Assembly (NCBI RefSeq): GCF_048593235.1
Contig: NC_133621.1
Location: forward strand, 217,579,238 to 217,643,237
Source of the DNA: Sminthopsis crassicaudata
Taxonomy: Eukaryota
Reading direction: 5' to 3'
Length of the DNA stretch: 64,000 bases
A model generated the notes under the pieces. That model ran no database searches. It saw only the letters and a program-made list of their open reading frames with translations, and had not been told where the DNA came from. Both the position numbers and the translations under genes were made by a program. The first letter of the stretch is position 1. The number at the start of each line of letters is the position of its first letter. Below are positions 21,786 through 34,859 of the stretch, piece after piece.

Positions 21786-22349
21786 GGGGTTTGTAGTAAA
21801 TGACTTTTACGGTATATTAAGATATTTAAGTTGTTTTCTATGCTTGTGGACACTCACAATAAAACAATCTGGAAGGATTTGGAAGGCCCTTGGAGGTAAT
21901 GTATTCCATCCTCCTCTCCCATCCTTTGTACAGCCGGCATATTCTCTGCTTGAAAACTTCCAGTGATGAAAAGGATTCCTTTTTTTTCTGGTAGCTGTTC
22001 AGTTACACAGCTGCTAATAAAGTTCTCGACCTGCCCCACTAACTTCCATCTGTAGCTCCTTCTGCCCTGGGGCCAAGTTGAACAAGTGGAATCCCTCTCC
22101 CACTGGAGGCACTAAATGCTTTTGTCCATAATTTTTTTGTCGGGGTAGAAATGGAAGGTGGAGAAGGCGTACGAGAAGCAGATTCCTAAGATGAGGGAAT
22201 GTCATGAGAAGGTAGGAGAGACAGCCAGGCACAGAGACAATCTCTTCTAACCTGCCCACAAGAGAGATCTGGGTGGCCTCGGTTACCATGGCACCACCCT
22301 AAGGCTCCTCCCCCTCACTGGCCACCCCCTCCCGCCTCCATTGGGACCT

Positions 22350-22775
22350 TGGAAGCTAGGTCACATGACCTCATCCTAACCACACCTCTGTAATGTCAGT
22401 GGGTCACATGTGATAGCAACAGATCACGTGGTCAAATTCCCTTCTCCTGGCTGGCCGCTTCCTTCCCCCCCCCATCACCCAGCTCTCTAGCCGCCCTAAG
22501 GCGCATGAATGGCCGGTCACGTGCCCCCTCACGTCCCGCCTGCGCCCGTCTCTCACTCCTCCTCCCCGTTTCCGCGCGCCGCCTTGGCAGGGCTGGTCAC
22601 GTGGTGAGGGTGTGGGAGAGGTATCCACTCTAGCCCCCGGGAGTCTATGGTGAGGCCTGCCGCCTCCGGCCCCTCGGGACCGAGTTACCCTGCATGGCTC
22701 CGCCGGGGCCGGCTCCGGCGCCTAGATAACGGTCCGTCCCCGCCCTACGCGGCGCGGCCCCCAGCGCCAGAGGAG
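22350..22775 (+). promoter_or_regulatory. CDK4: CDK4 promoter and non-coding exon 1 (donor GAG|GTGAGC after 22775)
   Basis: E-boxes at 22362, 22405, 22425, 22518 and 22598. E2F-like TTTCCGCG at 22569. CpG island. Sequence resembles human CDK4 exon 1 (from recollection). Confidence 0.75.
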
Positions 22776-23158
22776 GTGAGCGTCTCGGCCGCCCCGGCCT
22801 CGGCTAGGGGCCGAGCTTTTCTCCGGGAGCGGATTTTGCCGCGGAATGGCCCGAGTCCCCGCCCCCTGCCCTCCCTCCGCTCTCCGCGTGTTGGACTGGA
22901 GGCCGACCGGAGCCGGACTGGGGGGCCGCCGCCGGGCGTGTAAGGGCGGGGAGGGGGCCCGGGGGCTAGTCCCCGGCGGGGTCCGACGTGGTGGTGTAAC
23001 GGGGGTGGGGGCGCGGACTGGTCTTTCCCTGGCATAGCAGCGGCTTGGAGTTTGCCGTCCCCGGAGCTGGTGAGGGGGCAGCGGGGAGGAGCCCGTTTCT
23101 CGGAGTGGTCAGTAGTAGTGCACAGAGCCGCTGCCTGGACGGTCGGGCTAGCGAGTAA

Positions 23159-25073
<1,915 letters not shown>

Positions 25074-25496
25074 CCACTGGAAGAATTGTATCCAGGATCA
25101 ATACAGAAGGAAGAAAAGCTATCATTTCCCCAACCCACGGACACTAGGATCATCATTCCTATTGCCACCATGATGTATAGCATCATAAGGCAGGAGGAAA
25201 AACATGATCCTCCATACACATACCCTTCCCAAATCCTTAACCATTTTACACAGAATCTGTTACTGCCTTAATGATATTCCTTTACCACCAATACCCTTTG
25301 TGAGTCATCCCTCTGCCCCACCCTAACCCCTTAGATTTCAGGGGAGAGGGAAGAGGGATTTATACAGGAAAAAACAAAACACGAAGCTGGTCTGGTTTTT
25401 ATGTTTCTGGCTCTGATTAACTATGAACCTGCAATTTAGTGGGGGTTGGAAATAGACAATATAGTAATTAAAAGTTATTGAACAGGGCCTCTGTAG

Positions 25497-25502
25497 AATA
25501 AA
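25497..25502 (+). terminator. Probable CDK4 polyadenylation signal AATAAA
   Basis: AATAAA about 420 nt after the stop, with ATTAAA 30 nt upstream. Confidence 0.65.
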
Positions 25503-25587
25503 AGTAGGACCCAATGAATTAACACTATCTTCATTTGAGAAAGACGTAGGAAAAAAATGGGTTATGTAGATACAGGGTTAAAAAGAT

Positions 25588-25593
25588 TTTATT
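25588..25593 (-). terminator. Probable TSPAN31 proximal polyadenylation signal AATAAA
   Basis: TTTATT on the + strand, about 490 nt past the TSPAN31 stop. Confidence 0.6.
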
Positions 25594-26077
25594 TTTTTAC
25601 ATTCACTACACTATTCAAAAATACAAAGCCCTATGCTCTCAGTAACATCAGAAAGTTGGAACCATTGGAGGCTCCTTATCCACCCCATCCCACTCCCAAG
25701 GAAACTGTTTCCATTCTGGGTGATTGGCTGTGTGTTGGCTGTGATTAACCTTGGAGATGAGAAACCCTGGACAGGGTAAGACAGATCAAGCCAGTCTAGA
25801 AGACTGTCAGGGCAGGAGTTTGCAGGGAGGTTCTTGCCCCATTCAATCACATGCACTTGATAAATAGCATCCCCCGCTTCCTGGGGGTATGGGGGTGTGT
25901 TCAGAATCTTCCCAACTCTGCCTATCCCATAAACGTCATATCAAGGACAGGAGCCTAACTGTCCAATCGGCTTAGGGGTTGTAGCAAAGAATAGCCTCTT
26001 CCTATTTCCTTACATGGAAAAGGTCCCGAGGTCCCCACCATGACTGAGTGAGGAAAAGGGTCAGAAGCATCAGATCT

Positions 26078-28154
26078 TTATAGGAAGGCACTGGGGTTTG
26101 CACGAGGGTCCTTCTGATTCCGGAATCTCATTGCTAGCCACACACCTAGGATCTGGGGAGGAGGGGGAGGAGGATGGAAACATTTTAGAAGGAATACAAT
26201 ATAAGTGGTGGAGAAATAGCACCTGTGTATAAGGTAGTCAAACCCACAATGAGTATTTTATAGATCCCACTTAAGAGGACTAATGTGGAGGACAGTTTGG
26301 GGAATGGGAGAAGAAGTACCTCACCTCAGTAAAGCTGAAGAAGAGTCCAACACCCCCCAGAATTTTCAGTGCTTCATCTGAATGCTTGAGAAATTTGTCT
26401 CCACAAACTTGGCACTTTGGACTATGGGTCTTACAGTGCTAGAAATAAAGAGGATTCAAAATTATGGTTCTCTGTAGATAAAAAACATGTCCTACCCCAC
26501 CCCAAGTAGTCATATTTCTCTAGAAATGGATTACTAGTATTAATTAATATCCACTGATAATCATTCAACTTTTAAACCATCTCTTATCTTGTCCTCTTTT
26601 TTTCCCCCAGCCATCCATTCTTCAACTTTAATCTCATAATACGAAGCCCCTTTCCCTTTGGAATTGTCCACTACTGTTATCCCCAAGTCCCCTTCTCACT
26701 GCAGTGCAGAAAGCATAGTCCTGGAAGTATAAGGTGGTGGAGTTGAAGAGGCCACAGCAATCCAAACTTGTCTCTAGTTCATTCCGGGTCTTATTAGTCA
26801 TAACCAACCAATAGGTGCTGATGACATCTTTCTGGTAGAAAGAAAGAAATGGAGTACTAATAAAACAATCCCAATTCTAACTGAAGAAATTTTCATCATG
26901 CCAAAAGTTTTGTTCCCCAATTTATCTGAGGAGCATGGAGCAAAACTAAGTTTGGGGCATTACAAAGTACAATAAGCACTTTTATTCCCTTTAGATTTCA
27001 GTTTTCCAATCATTTAAATCCCAAAGTGACCAGAAATCTAGAGTTTGGAATCAGGAAATTGGAAGTGGTAGACCCAGGATTATTCTTTAAAGGAGGGATG
27101 GAAGCTGCTAGGGAAAAAAGGATAGAGGAACGTGTCTCCTTACCTGGGTGTTTCTGTTAATTGCCAGACAGGAACAAGAGATTCCAAATTGGAAGATAAA
27201 AACCAAACCAAGTATGATCATATACTGAGTAAGACTGAGTTAAGGAAAAGTAATCAGACACATTCCCACACATCCATCATTACTTTTGGTTTCATGCTGT
27301 CGTGGGAAACTTGGAAAGAAAACCAACGATTTGCTCTACACTAGGAGAAGCAGTTGTCATGAGTAAGGCAGGGCTCCGACAAACTACCCGGAATCCCTAG
27401 GACGTTCTTCCTTCTGCCTCTCAGGCCCTCATAACCCCTGCCCTCTTCCTCTTTCCCTGGAATCCTGGGCAGATCAGGATACAAAGAAAAGCAGGACTTG
27501 GTGGTGATAGACCGCACCGATGAGACCAACCACGGCAATGAGGAGGAGGAAGACTCCCACGGCGATGACGCCCCCGATGATGTGGATGCTGGACACCAGC
27601 CCCAGACCCTTACCCCAAGCCGCCACACCGATCAGCAACAACCCCACCAGCTGCGAGAGGAGAGGGGGCAGGGAGGGAGCTTAAAGCGCAGGGCGCGGGA
27701 GTGGCCCCAGACCGCCGGGGTCGGCCGCGAGGGGTCCCCGACGGGTCTGCGGGCTCTTCTGGACCGACCAGCCCACCACTCCCCCCACACACACACACAT
27801 CATCCCGACAGCGGAACCAGCTAATGGAACCTTGGGCTCCTTTCCCCTGCCTGTCCCGGGGAGAGACGAGACCCCGGGGATGAAGGACCGATCCACACAC
27901 CCACACACCCACACTCCCACTCCTTAAGGTGTGTCCCCTCCCCCGTAGTGGCCGGAAACACTCCCCCTTCCCACAGAAATCCTGGGATCTTCCCTCGCAT
28001 TGCTCCCCCCGGGAATTCCCCTAGGAATCTTCTTGGAAACCCCTCGGGGACCCTCTCCCCACCGGAAGTCCCCCAAAACCCCTCTCCTCACCATATAGAC
28101 CACGTTGAGCGCACACAGAGCATTCTTGGAGCAGGCAAAACCACCACAAACCAT
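26078..28154 (-). CDS. TSPAN31: Tetraspanin-31 (SAS), 210 aa
   Basis: Exons 28154-28092, 27650-27483, 27224-27144, 26831-26700, 26438-26325, 26152-26078 (633 nt). [21 protein letters not shown] start, LDCCG motif, C-terminus [16 protein letters not shown]. Confidence 0.98.
27225..27482 (-). other. U12-type (minor spliceosome) GT-AG intron, TSPAN31 intron 2
   Basis: 5' splice site GTATCCTG. Branch site TTTTCCTTAAC (27249-27239) about 15 nt upstream of the AG, with no polypyrimidine tract. Confidence 0.9.
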
Positions 28155-28259
28155 CTTCCCGGCTATGGGGACCGGGGTCCCGATGACTCAAAGGTGCGAA
28201 AGGTCTCGAGGACCGTCCGCTAAGGCCCCGGCGGCTTCTGTCTCTTTAAATCATCTTCT

Positions 28260-28860
28260 ACCAAAGCTCCGCACTCTGCGCCTGCACCGTCCCGCCTCTG
28301 CCTCCGGATTGGTAAGACTCAAGCCTCACTCCGCCCTTTGATTGGTAAACCTAGCGATCAATCGAATTGGGAGTCACCGCCCAAGGCTCCCGCTTACACC
28401 GGCCCATTTATCATTGGGCGAGATATGAGAAGAGGGCGGGGCCTCCAGTGATTCTCGTAGTGGCCCGGGGCTGCAGCCGCCGCCACTGATGCCGCTACAA
28501 AACCCCGGATGATTGTGGACCTCTCGGAGAGAAGCGGCGAGAGGAAAGCTGATCAGGAGGCTGGAGCAGAGCTGGGCGCTGAGGTAGAGAAGGCGCGGGG
28601 TGGAGGGGAAGAGGACTAAACCGAGAGAAGGGCGGGGCAGCAGGGCCCCACCCCTGGAGGAACCGCCCCCGAGGTCCCTCCCCCAGCTTGTCCCGCAGTG
28701 ACCTCATGGGGAGGTTGTTTTGTTGTGGCGTCACACTCTGTGTCTGGACCCCGCCCAGGGCTGCGAAATCGGGCGGCGGGCCCCGGAAGGCGGAGCCCCG
28801 ACCGGAGGGACTGTAGACTCCAGAGGCCGGAGTCCATAAAGCTCTTAGCAGTCACCCTCC
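28260..28860 (-). promoter_or_regulatory. TSPAN31 CpG-island promoter with four CCAAT boxes and GC boxes
   Basis: ATTGG (+) at 28308, 28341, 28366 and 28413. GGGCGGGG at about 28434 and 28630. Confidence 0.7.
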
Positions 28861-29409
28861 CTAGCCTCTCCAGTGTACAGACGAGAAAACTCCGGGAAGG
28901 CTAAAAGAATATGGCCTCCTCAAGTGGTGCATTCGGTAGAGACAGAAAGGCTTGAGTTCGAATTCTGCTCCGGACGATACTGCAGGAGGAGCCTGAGCTA
29001 GTCGCTTAACCTATGTGGGCCTCAGCTTCCTTATGTGCAAACGGTGTAACGGCATCTCTGCTGCACAGAATTGTGGGGGTCAAAAAAGATACCTCCAAAC
29101 CACGAGGTTATTTGTGTGACCCCATGCTGGGCCGGAAGGCATGTCAGGAGTCTTCTAGCCTAATCTCTGCATTGAGTTAAAATCACCGACCGAATGAGGA
29201 AGCTGAGACCCCGAAAGCTGGAGTGGTTTTTGTCAAAACCACACGAGGCTTAACTAGGCAGAGTTCCTCCGCTTCTAATTTAGCGTTTCCTCTGTAAGGG
29301 CGGTACTTACGTACTGCCTGCCAGGGAGACACCAAAGGGAGATTATACCAATGCAAGACCCAGCTGCCCTTGAAGAATTCTAGAACTTAGCTCCTAGGAA
29401 CTCCATCCT

Positions 29410-30550
29410 CCCGGCCTGAAAGAGCTGGCAGATGGGACTGCTGAACCACAGTGGTCAGTTCTGTCCGAGGGATGGCGGTAAATAAAAGCGGCCCCACAGG
29501 ACTGGGGAAGGGCCGATGTTATCAAAGAGCAAACTTCAAAAAAGGAAAGAGAACAAAGCATACAAAGGGTGAGCCGATGAATTTGATTTTGATTCCTGGG
29601 AAAATTCTAGAAATGATTGATGAATATCTGAGAAGAGAAGCAGGGACTCCAAAGATCCGGGTCATGCCAGAGTAGCTCTGTTGGCTTTGGACTGGAGGAC
29701 TGAACAAGGCGGGGCAGAATGCTGTGGATGTAGCTCACGTAAATTTTAATAAAATTTGATAAAAGTGTCTCATTTATCCTTACAGAGAAGATGGGCACAG
29801 GCTAGATAAATACATTCTGAGGGCTTCGGAACTGGCTGAGTGAAATGGATAAGCAGTAATATCTCCAGAAGAGTAAATACCTCAGGACATCTCTGCCCGG
29901 GGCTGTTTTTATCAATAACTTGGAAAAAGGTTTAGATGCCATGATCACACTTACACTAAGCTGGGAGATTTAGCTAATATGCTGCATCTGAAAAGGATCT
30001 GAGGATCTTAATGGACTGCAAGCTTAATGTGAAAACAGTGTCTAGGGACTGACAAAAAACTAATGTGATCTGCAGTGAGCACACAGGTTCTAACTTCCAA
30101 GAATTCTTAGGGAGGCTGATAGTTTCTTGTGCTTTGCCCTCTTCAGACAGATCTCATCTGAACTCTTGCATTCAGATCCCGTGGCATGATTTAAGCAGAA
30201 TCATGATGAGCTGGAGAGGGTTCAGAGGAGGGTGGTCAGATTGGTGAAGAACCGTGGGTCCATGATAAGAAAATCTTTTGAAGGAACTAAGAAACATGTT
30301 CATTATGAAGAAAGGAAGACTAGAGGAGTGGGACGTTCCTGTGGGGAAGAGCATGGAGGCAGAGCGCCTGTAGAAGTTCCAGAGAGGTTAATTACAGCCT
30401 GATCTCGGGTGCTAACTGCAGGACCTCTTCCATGGTCTTTAAGAAGAAACTTGGCATTTGTTGTATATACTCCTGTAGGGAATTCCTTTCATGTATGAGT
30501 TAAAATAGATACTGATATATCTTTTAATTCTGAAATTCTATGATTCTGAT
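29410..30550 (+). mobile_element. Degenerate CR1/L3 LINE (RT remnant to 3' tail)
   Basis: Remnant translation RANFKKGKR...LIPGKILEMI matches the CR1 ORF2 pattern (VPIFKKG...SIPGKILEQII). Ends in an ATTCTATG-type tail at about 30535. Confidence 0.8.
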
Positions 30551-30909
30551 TCCAAATTCTGTATTCTTCCCACTAAAAGATACTGTATCCAGAGCCTTTC
30601 TTTTCTAGGATAGAAAGTTAGTAGCTTTGTTTTTGTCCAGACTTGTGATCCATCAGTGTGGTTTGGAATTCTTGTTTAAAACTCCCTTTGCTGTTGCATA
30701 TACATTACGGAGTATTGCTTGGGACATTCATAGATCTGGTACCTTAATGATAGTAATGTGTCAGAGGCAGGAATTGAACCTAGTTCTCCTTAACTCCAAG
30801 ACCCACCTCTCTATCCATTATATTAGGAGATGCTTCTCCTAATACCTTTTACAAAGTTCAAAAGGAATGGGATGGCTGCTCTCCCCCGCTCCCCAACCCA
30901 AATTAGTAA

Positions 30910-32090
30910 AACTTCCAGGTATGTGAGTAACAAGATGGCAGACTAAACATTTTGTTCAGCCCCCATAATATCCCCCAAACAGAAATTATGTACCAAAGAT
31001 AAAGTAGTTAATGTTTCCATAGGATTGGGACGTCCAGAATCCAAAAGAAGGTTAAAACAATTCCAAACCTAAGAATTAACACTCATTAATCCAGAGCTCA
31101 CTCAGCACCCATGTTACCAGAACCAAGCAGATCAAGAAAACCCCAAAAGGGCTTGCATCAAAACCCTTACAACCCCAGGGCTGTGAAGACCCCAGCTCCA
31201 GGCATCAGAAGTTTGCTTGATTCTCAACAGCTAACTTGACCACATATTTCAGGAGCAAAAGCCTGCTGGGAGCTGCAGCCCAGAAGCACCAAGATTGTAA
31301 AACTCTGAATTGCTGGTTCTGTGCCAGAGAACCTAGGAGCAGAGGGAACGGGTCCCAGGACAGATGCTGTGCATGCAAGGGGCTGTATAGCACTCCATCA
31401 AGCCTGATGGAAAGAGCCCGCATCCATCAGGGGCCAATCCTGACCACCAAAAGTGGGTTGTAGTAGAGACCTAGACTTGTGAACAATGAATTACCCAATG
31501 TGAGAAGAACCTGACTGAGAAGAATCTGACTTGCTTTGAGATTTAGCTTCCAAGGAAACCACAGTGGTGGGCAGTCAGAAAGTGAAAGATAAGAAAAATA
31601 AAGAGGGAAGAATGAGAGAGAAGAGAGAAAAACTGAAGATATCAAAGAATTGGTGGGGGGGGGGAGAAGGGGGAATCTCAAAGATCTTGGAAATAAACAC
31701 ATAAATCAACAGGAAAAAAAAGTAACAGGGAAGGAAATATGGCCACCACATCTAGGAAATTAGTTCAGACAACTTTGAATAAATATTACAAAATGAAAGA
31801 AAATTATCCAATTCTTCATGAGATTGAAGAGCTTATGAAATATGAGGAAAACGTGGAACCTCAATATCAAACTCAACTGTTCTTGAGTGATTTAAAAGAA
31901 ATGAGAATTATGAGAGCAGAATTCATTGCCTGCCTGCACAGCAAAAATAATGAGTAGAATAGAATAACTTGAATCTACAGTGGCAAGCTGCACCAAAGAA
32001 ACAAAAAAGAGAATAGAGAAGGCAAATATACAAATGAAGGATAACCTAGAAGAAGAGATGCAAAAAACCCAATATTAATAGAGTTCCTTC
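30910..32090 (+). mobile_element. Degenerate L1 5' UTR/ORF1 remnant
   Basis: 5' acttccagg...caagatggc (YY1 core typical of L1 5' ends), then A-rich coiled-coil-like ORF fragments. Confidence 0.55.
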
Positions 32091-32589
32091 ATGGCCAATT
32101 GCATACAAAGAAATATATAACTTTCTTATGGGGGCTTGGGGAGGAAAGCATTTTGAATGTAGTTCTCCTTTCCAAGCTTTATTCTCTATAGATCTTTAAT
32201 GATAGTGCCATCTTCTCCAAGAAAATATCTCTAAATCCTAGGGGAAATTGATCTCGGTGTCATCAAATTTTTCTAAACACTTTATATCTTAGACTTCTTT
32301 CTTTCACTGATATCATTCTTTTTTTTTAACTTAATAGTATTTTATTTTTCCAATTACCTGTAAAGATAGTTTTCAACATTCATTTTTGTAAGATTTTGAG
32401 TTCCAATTTTTTTCTCTTCCCAAGACTTATACCATTCTCCTTTGTATTACTTGTTTTACATATATGCCTTCCTATCCCCCTACCAGGATCATAAACTCTT
32501 ATGATAGATCTGCACCCTTTGTATATTCAGGGCTAGCATCATGCCAAAAATGTGTTGGGTAGCAGATAGTTAAACAGACCTAAAAGATA

Positions 32590-32960
32590 AAGGGAAGGAC
32601 CATATATTAGGGAATGGCTAAACAATATGTGGTACATAAATGTACTGAAATGTTACTGTATTATAAGAAATGATGAATATGATGAAAACAGAAGGAGGAG
32701 AAGATATGATATGAAAAGTGAAACTAGAAGCACTAGAGAAGCCATAGATGCAGACGTGTGCTATAAAACTATAGTGATTCAAACCTGGCCCCAGACACCT
32801 AGAAGAAAACACATCTGTTTCTTTGCAGACATGGGTGTTATGGGTATGAACACTGCAAAAATAAAAAGTCAGACTTTTAAAATATGTTAGTTTTGCTGAA
32901 AAACATTTTTTCTCTTTTCATTATTTTTAATAAGCAATGGCTTTCTGGGAGAGGGAAGGA
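32590..32960 (+). mobile_element. L1 ORF2 C-terminus/3' UTR remnant
   Basis: gaatggctaaacaatatgtggtacataaatgta translates as EWLNNMWYINV, like the L1 ORF2 C-terminal motif. Confidence 0.65.
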
Positions 32961-34699
32961 TTGGAGATGTTGATGTAAAGACTAGCTCACTATTAATTCT
33001 TTAAATAAATTTTTCTTGAATATTTTGTTGAACTAAAGGAATTAAAGGAAGAGACTTGGAGAACAAAAAACATTGTAAAATGTTAGCACAGATATATCTC
33101 CTGAATTTTCTGACATCGTTGGGACTGAAGTGGTTTGCCCAAAGTCATACAAGAAATAGCAAAGTCAAAATTTGAATCCATATCTAGACTCAGTTTAATG
33201 ATTCTTTCCACTAAACTATATTCCCTACCTTCTCACGGTTTACCCTTTTCCTCACCTTCCCCCCCTATCTTGAGTAGTCAAGACCTATTCATGTCAATTT
33301 AACCTTGTACCTATTCAAACATGCACATTCATTACCACACAATACTGTGGGAATCAGTTCAGTTCAGTACCCACTGGGATCACAAAAAACAAGATGAAAA
33401 CAGTTCCACAACACAAACACACATACCATACATGGATGTGATTGCAAGACATCATAAGTCAATTTGATTTTTAGCTTCACTGTGTATATGCACACCCAGG
33501 TAAATAAAGTTACAATAGGGAAGCCTCCTAGTAAAGACCTTTTATAAGAGACTAATCTATTCTTTCCCAGAGTACAACAATTCTTTCATTTGTGATCCTA
33601 AGACTTAGGCAAGTCATCCCAAAGCTGTAGGCATCTACTGGCCCAAGTCCCAAGAAGAATAGGCAGTCTTAGGAAGAAATAAAAATGAGGCTCCCCCTTC
33701 TCCCACCTTGGGAAGACCCTAAAATAGATACCACTTCTGTTGGGTGACTAGAAAATGCTTCCAATTCCTTTTCCAGTCCACACCCTGTTCTGTATAATTC
33801 CTTCTCACACTTGAAATTAGAATGAAAGAAATGTTTGGGGGAAGGGACATTTTGGGGGAGCTAGGGTGATCAAATTGGGAAAGGATAAAGAATAAAAATC
33901 CTGTAAATGTTTAAATGATTTTAAAAATGTGCATGTTAGATATAAAATCATGCAAATGATTAGAATGGCTTGGTCCTGTTAGGATCATGGTCTATTAGGA
34001 ATAACTCTGCTCTGTTGTATTTTAAATCATTTATGTTATCAACTTGGAACTTTATTTTTAGCCTCTTGTTCTCTTTCCTGAATAAACTTCATCTGGGAAG
34101 AAGGGAGGGAGGAAAGGAAAGAAAAAAGAAAGGAAGGGACGGGTTAGCATGGCCAGGGTGGGAAGAACAGGGCCAGGTTGTGTACAGACTAAGTTTGCAA
34201 GGTTGCTTATGTGAGAAGTTATGAGAGTGTGTGTGCAAGTTTCTGAATGAATGTGTACATTGTATGAAACTGAATGGTGTAAAACTACAAGCTGATATAC
34301 AAGGTTATAAGTATGGAAGATTCAACGTAGGAGGCTTATTAATGGTAGAAGACATCAACTGTTCCAAACTACACCTGTGATCATTCCTGCCCTGTTTTCC
34401 CAAAACCAACACTAGGCATTGGCCGTCACATTAAGGCAACACCCTTAACCTGGCTGAGGAATCTTGACCAGGCTGTTTATGGCCTATAAGACAACACTAG
34501 AGGGGGTGTGAGGGAGGTGCAGCAGTTAGTGCTATCTCAGGCTGTGGGTTTGAAGCACGACAGCCAGGAAGTGAGACTGACAGACAAACGGAAGTACGGG
34601 CAGAAGCCAAGAGCACGGCTCCTTCTTGGGTTGGTAGTTGTGGGTATGGGTCAGGGGGCCAAAAGGAGCTGCTAGCCTGGCCAGACAGGCCTGGGCATG

Positions 34700-34859
34700 A
34701 TGCATGCCCAGAGGCAGTTGGCTGCAGCTGCAGTAAAGGCAGAAGTCAAACGGCATGAAGTTGCCAAGCGGCACTTGAATCTGCTCAGAAAGTTGGCAGA
34801 CAAGGTAAACGATCCACAGCTCCGGGAAGACATCAGGATCTCACTGGACAATATTAGAG
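34700..34859 (+). CDS. AGAP2: AGAP2 upstream alternative first exon (PIKE-A isoform, 822 aa without the 60-nt cassette exon)
   Basis: MHAQRQLAAAAVKAEVKRHEVAKRHLNLLRKLADKVNDPQLREDIRISLDNIR, phase-1 donor G|GTGAGA, in frame with exon 42083. A second in-frame ATG lies at 34697. Confidence 0.92.

Noticed and set aside
28011-28020. Palindromic kB site GGGAATTCCC in TSPAN31 intron 1 (also GGAAATTCCC at 18336)
   Set aside because: Isolated 10-mers within C-run-rich sequence; no clustering evidence.
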